Positions 62,561 to 64,000 of a stretch of DNA of 64,000 nt are shown one piece after another. Under the pieces are notes generated by a model, which had not been told where the DNA came from, did no database searches, and worked only from the letters and a program-made list of their open reading frames with translations. Numbering within the stretch: the stretch's first letter is position 1; each line of letters starts with the position of its first letter. The DNA lies in contig CAVXXK010000001.1 in NCBI GenBank assembly GCA_963765675.1, positions 192,001 through 256,000 on the forward strand, written 5' to 3'. The translations under genes were made by a program, and so were the position numbers. This DNA comes from an uncultured delta proteobacterium (lineage in GTDB: Bacteria; Desulfobacterota; Binatia; Binatales; Binataceae).

Positions 62561-63197
62561 CTATCGTGCAAAGTTTCGCTCGAGCGCTGCGTGGTAGGCA
62601 TGACGCTGACGCGACTCGCTGTCTATAGCTCGAGAATGTTTCCGAGAGAGGAATCTCAGCGGACACGGCCCAATCAAGGCAGGTCATCAACAGAATATCG
62701 GCGGCGCTCAACCGGTTGCCAAATAGGTATTCGCCGCTCGCGCCAACCCGCGACGCCATCGCTTCGAGATTGTGGATGAAGTAGTTTTTCGCCGCCTCGA
62801 CCGCTACCGGCGCTTCACCGTAAGTTACCTTCAGGCCCTCATGCCGCCGCATAATATACAATGAACCTGCGTCCAGCTCGGAAATCACGAAATAACACCA
62901 CTCATTCAATCTCGCGCGATCCCTGGCGTCGCCGGGAACATACATCCTCGCCGGATTGGCAAAGGTCTCGCTCAGGTACTGAATAATCGCCGCGCTTTCG
63001 GTCAAGACAAATTGCCCATGGCGAAGCACCGGAATCTTGTGCCGTGGATTGAGCAGTTTGAATTCGCTGGTTTGAGTCTCGCCGGTTCGCGAACCTATCG
63101 GTTCAAATTCATATTGCAGCTCCAGCTCCAGCAACATCCAATGCGCCCGCATCGTGCGGCTGGTGCCCGCGCCCCAAAGAGTCAGATCGTGTGCCAC
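62561..63197 (-). CDS. Glutathione S-transferase (frameshift near 62609; corrected stop at 62561)
   Basis: LNPRHKIPVL, TESAAI, YLFGNRLSAADI; shifted tail reads QRHAYHAALERNFAR*. Confidence 0.85.
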
Positions 63198-63219
63198 GTC
63201 AGCATCTCGTTCCTTTCAA

Positions 63220-63951
63220 CTAGAATGTTTCCGTAAACGGCCTGACGTCCATTTCGTGAGTCCACGCGCTTCGATCCTGATGTGCAAGGTACCAGAATGC
63301 ATCGGCGATCGCCGACGGCTTCAGCAAGTCCTGATCTTTCGCTTGTGGACGAAGTTTCCTCAAGAGCGGCATATCGATACCGCCATCCACATTGACGTAC
63401 GCGACGTGGATTCCTTGCGGATGAAGATCGCGGGCCATCACCTGGGCAAGACCTCTGACAGCGAATTTCGCCGGAGCGAATCCCGCCGAGTTGGGCCACG
63501 GCCGCACGCCAGCCGTCGCGCCCGTGATTAGAATCGATCCGCTACCGCGCGAAAGCATCTCCGGCACTGCCTGGCGCGCCCACAGAAATGCGCCAAAGGT
63601 ATGCAGTCGCCAGGTGTCTTCGAAAACCTGCGGCGTCGTCTCGAGTAGGCGGCCCATCGGACGCCGTCCTCCATTGTAAACGAGAATCTCGATTGGACCG
63701 AGTTCGCGGGTGATTCGCTCATGCGCGGCGGCGATTTGCGTCTCGATAGTGGCATCGCTCTGGATCGGCAACGCGATACCGCCGGCCGAGTTGATCTCAC
63801 TGGCCGTCTTCTCAATCACGCTCGAGCTTCTGGCCACGAGCGCGACTTTGTAACCAGCGGCAAAGCGGCGGGCAAGGCCAGCGCCAAGGCCCTCTCCGAC
63901 ACCGACCACGACGCACACTTTGTCCGAAGGACTTACGGCGGAATCACTCAT
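63220..63951 (-). CDS. SDR family oxidoreductase
   Basis: VGVGEGLG, ITGATA, FAPAKFA, HVAYVNVDG. Confidence 0.9.
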   Translation of the reverse strand: MSDSAVSPSDKVCVVVGVGEGLGAGLARRFAAGYKVALVARSSSVIEKTASEINSAGGIALPIQSDATIETQIAAAHERITRELGPIEILVYNGGRRPMGRLLETTPQVFEDTWRLHTFGAFLWARQAVPEMLSRGSGSILITGATAGVRPWPNSAGFAPAKFAVRGLAQVMARDLHPQGIHVAYVNVDGGIDMPLLRKLRPQAKDQDLLKPSAIADAFWYLAHQDRSAWTHEMDVRPFTETF

Positions 63952-64000
63952 GAGTTCTCCAATGCGGTTACGTCAGAGATATTGCGGCTATTGATGACGC

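Overview
High-GC bacterial chromosome segment; gene content and style suggest a Binatia/Deltaproteobacteria-like metagenome assembly (inference). Left ~25 kb is mostly core genome: alaS, phoH, ybeY, lnt, prfB with its programmed +1 frameshift, coaE, a cobS-like gene, hsp20, lemA/htpX, smpB and tmRNA. It is interrupted by an ART/AbiGi-like gene, a low-GC P-loop ATPase two-gene cassette between lnt and prfB, a GH-A/GT2 fusion plus ABC exporter operon, and three intergenic clusters of CGTC/GTAG-type REP palindromes. Directly after the tmRNA 3' end lies a decayed P4-type integrase, followed by ~38 kb of accessory DNA: catabolic oxidoreductases, a LysR-nasA-nirBD nitrate assimilation cluster, and a stress/envelope block. 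That block encodes hemerythrin, BON proteins, three micro-proteins below the ORF-track cutoff, a two-component pair, an adjacent lptD-lptE pair, a Trp/His repeat protein and tandem atypical Crp regulators. Seven correctly spaced sigma54 (-24/-12) motifs precede accessory transcription units, suggesting an uncharacterised sigma54-controlled envelope/stress module. Several single-base frameshifts and a two-allele duplication in alaS point to sequencing or assembly error. No CRISPR array, rRNA or tRNA was seen.
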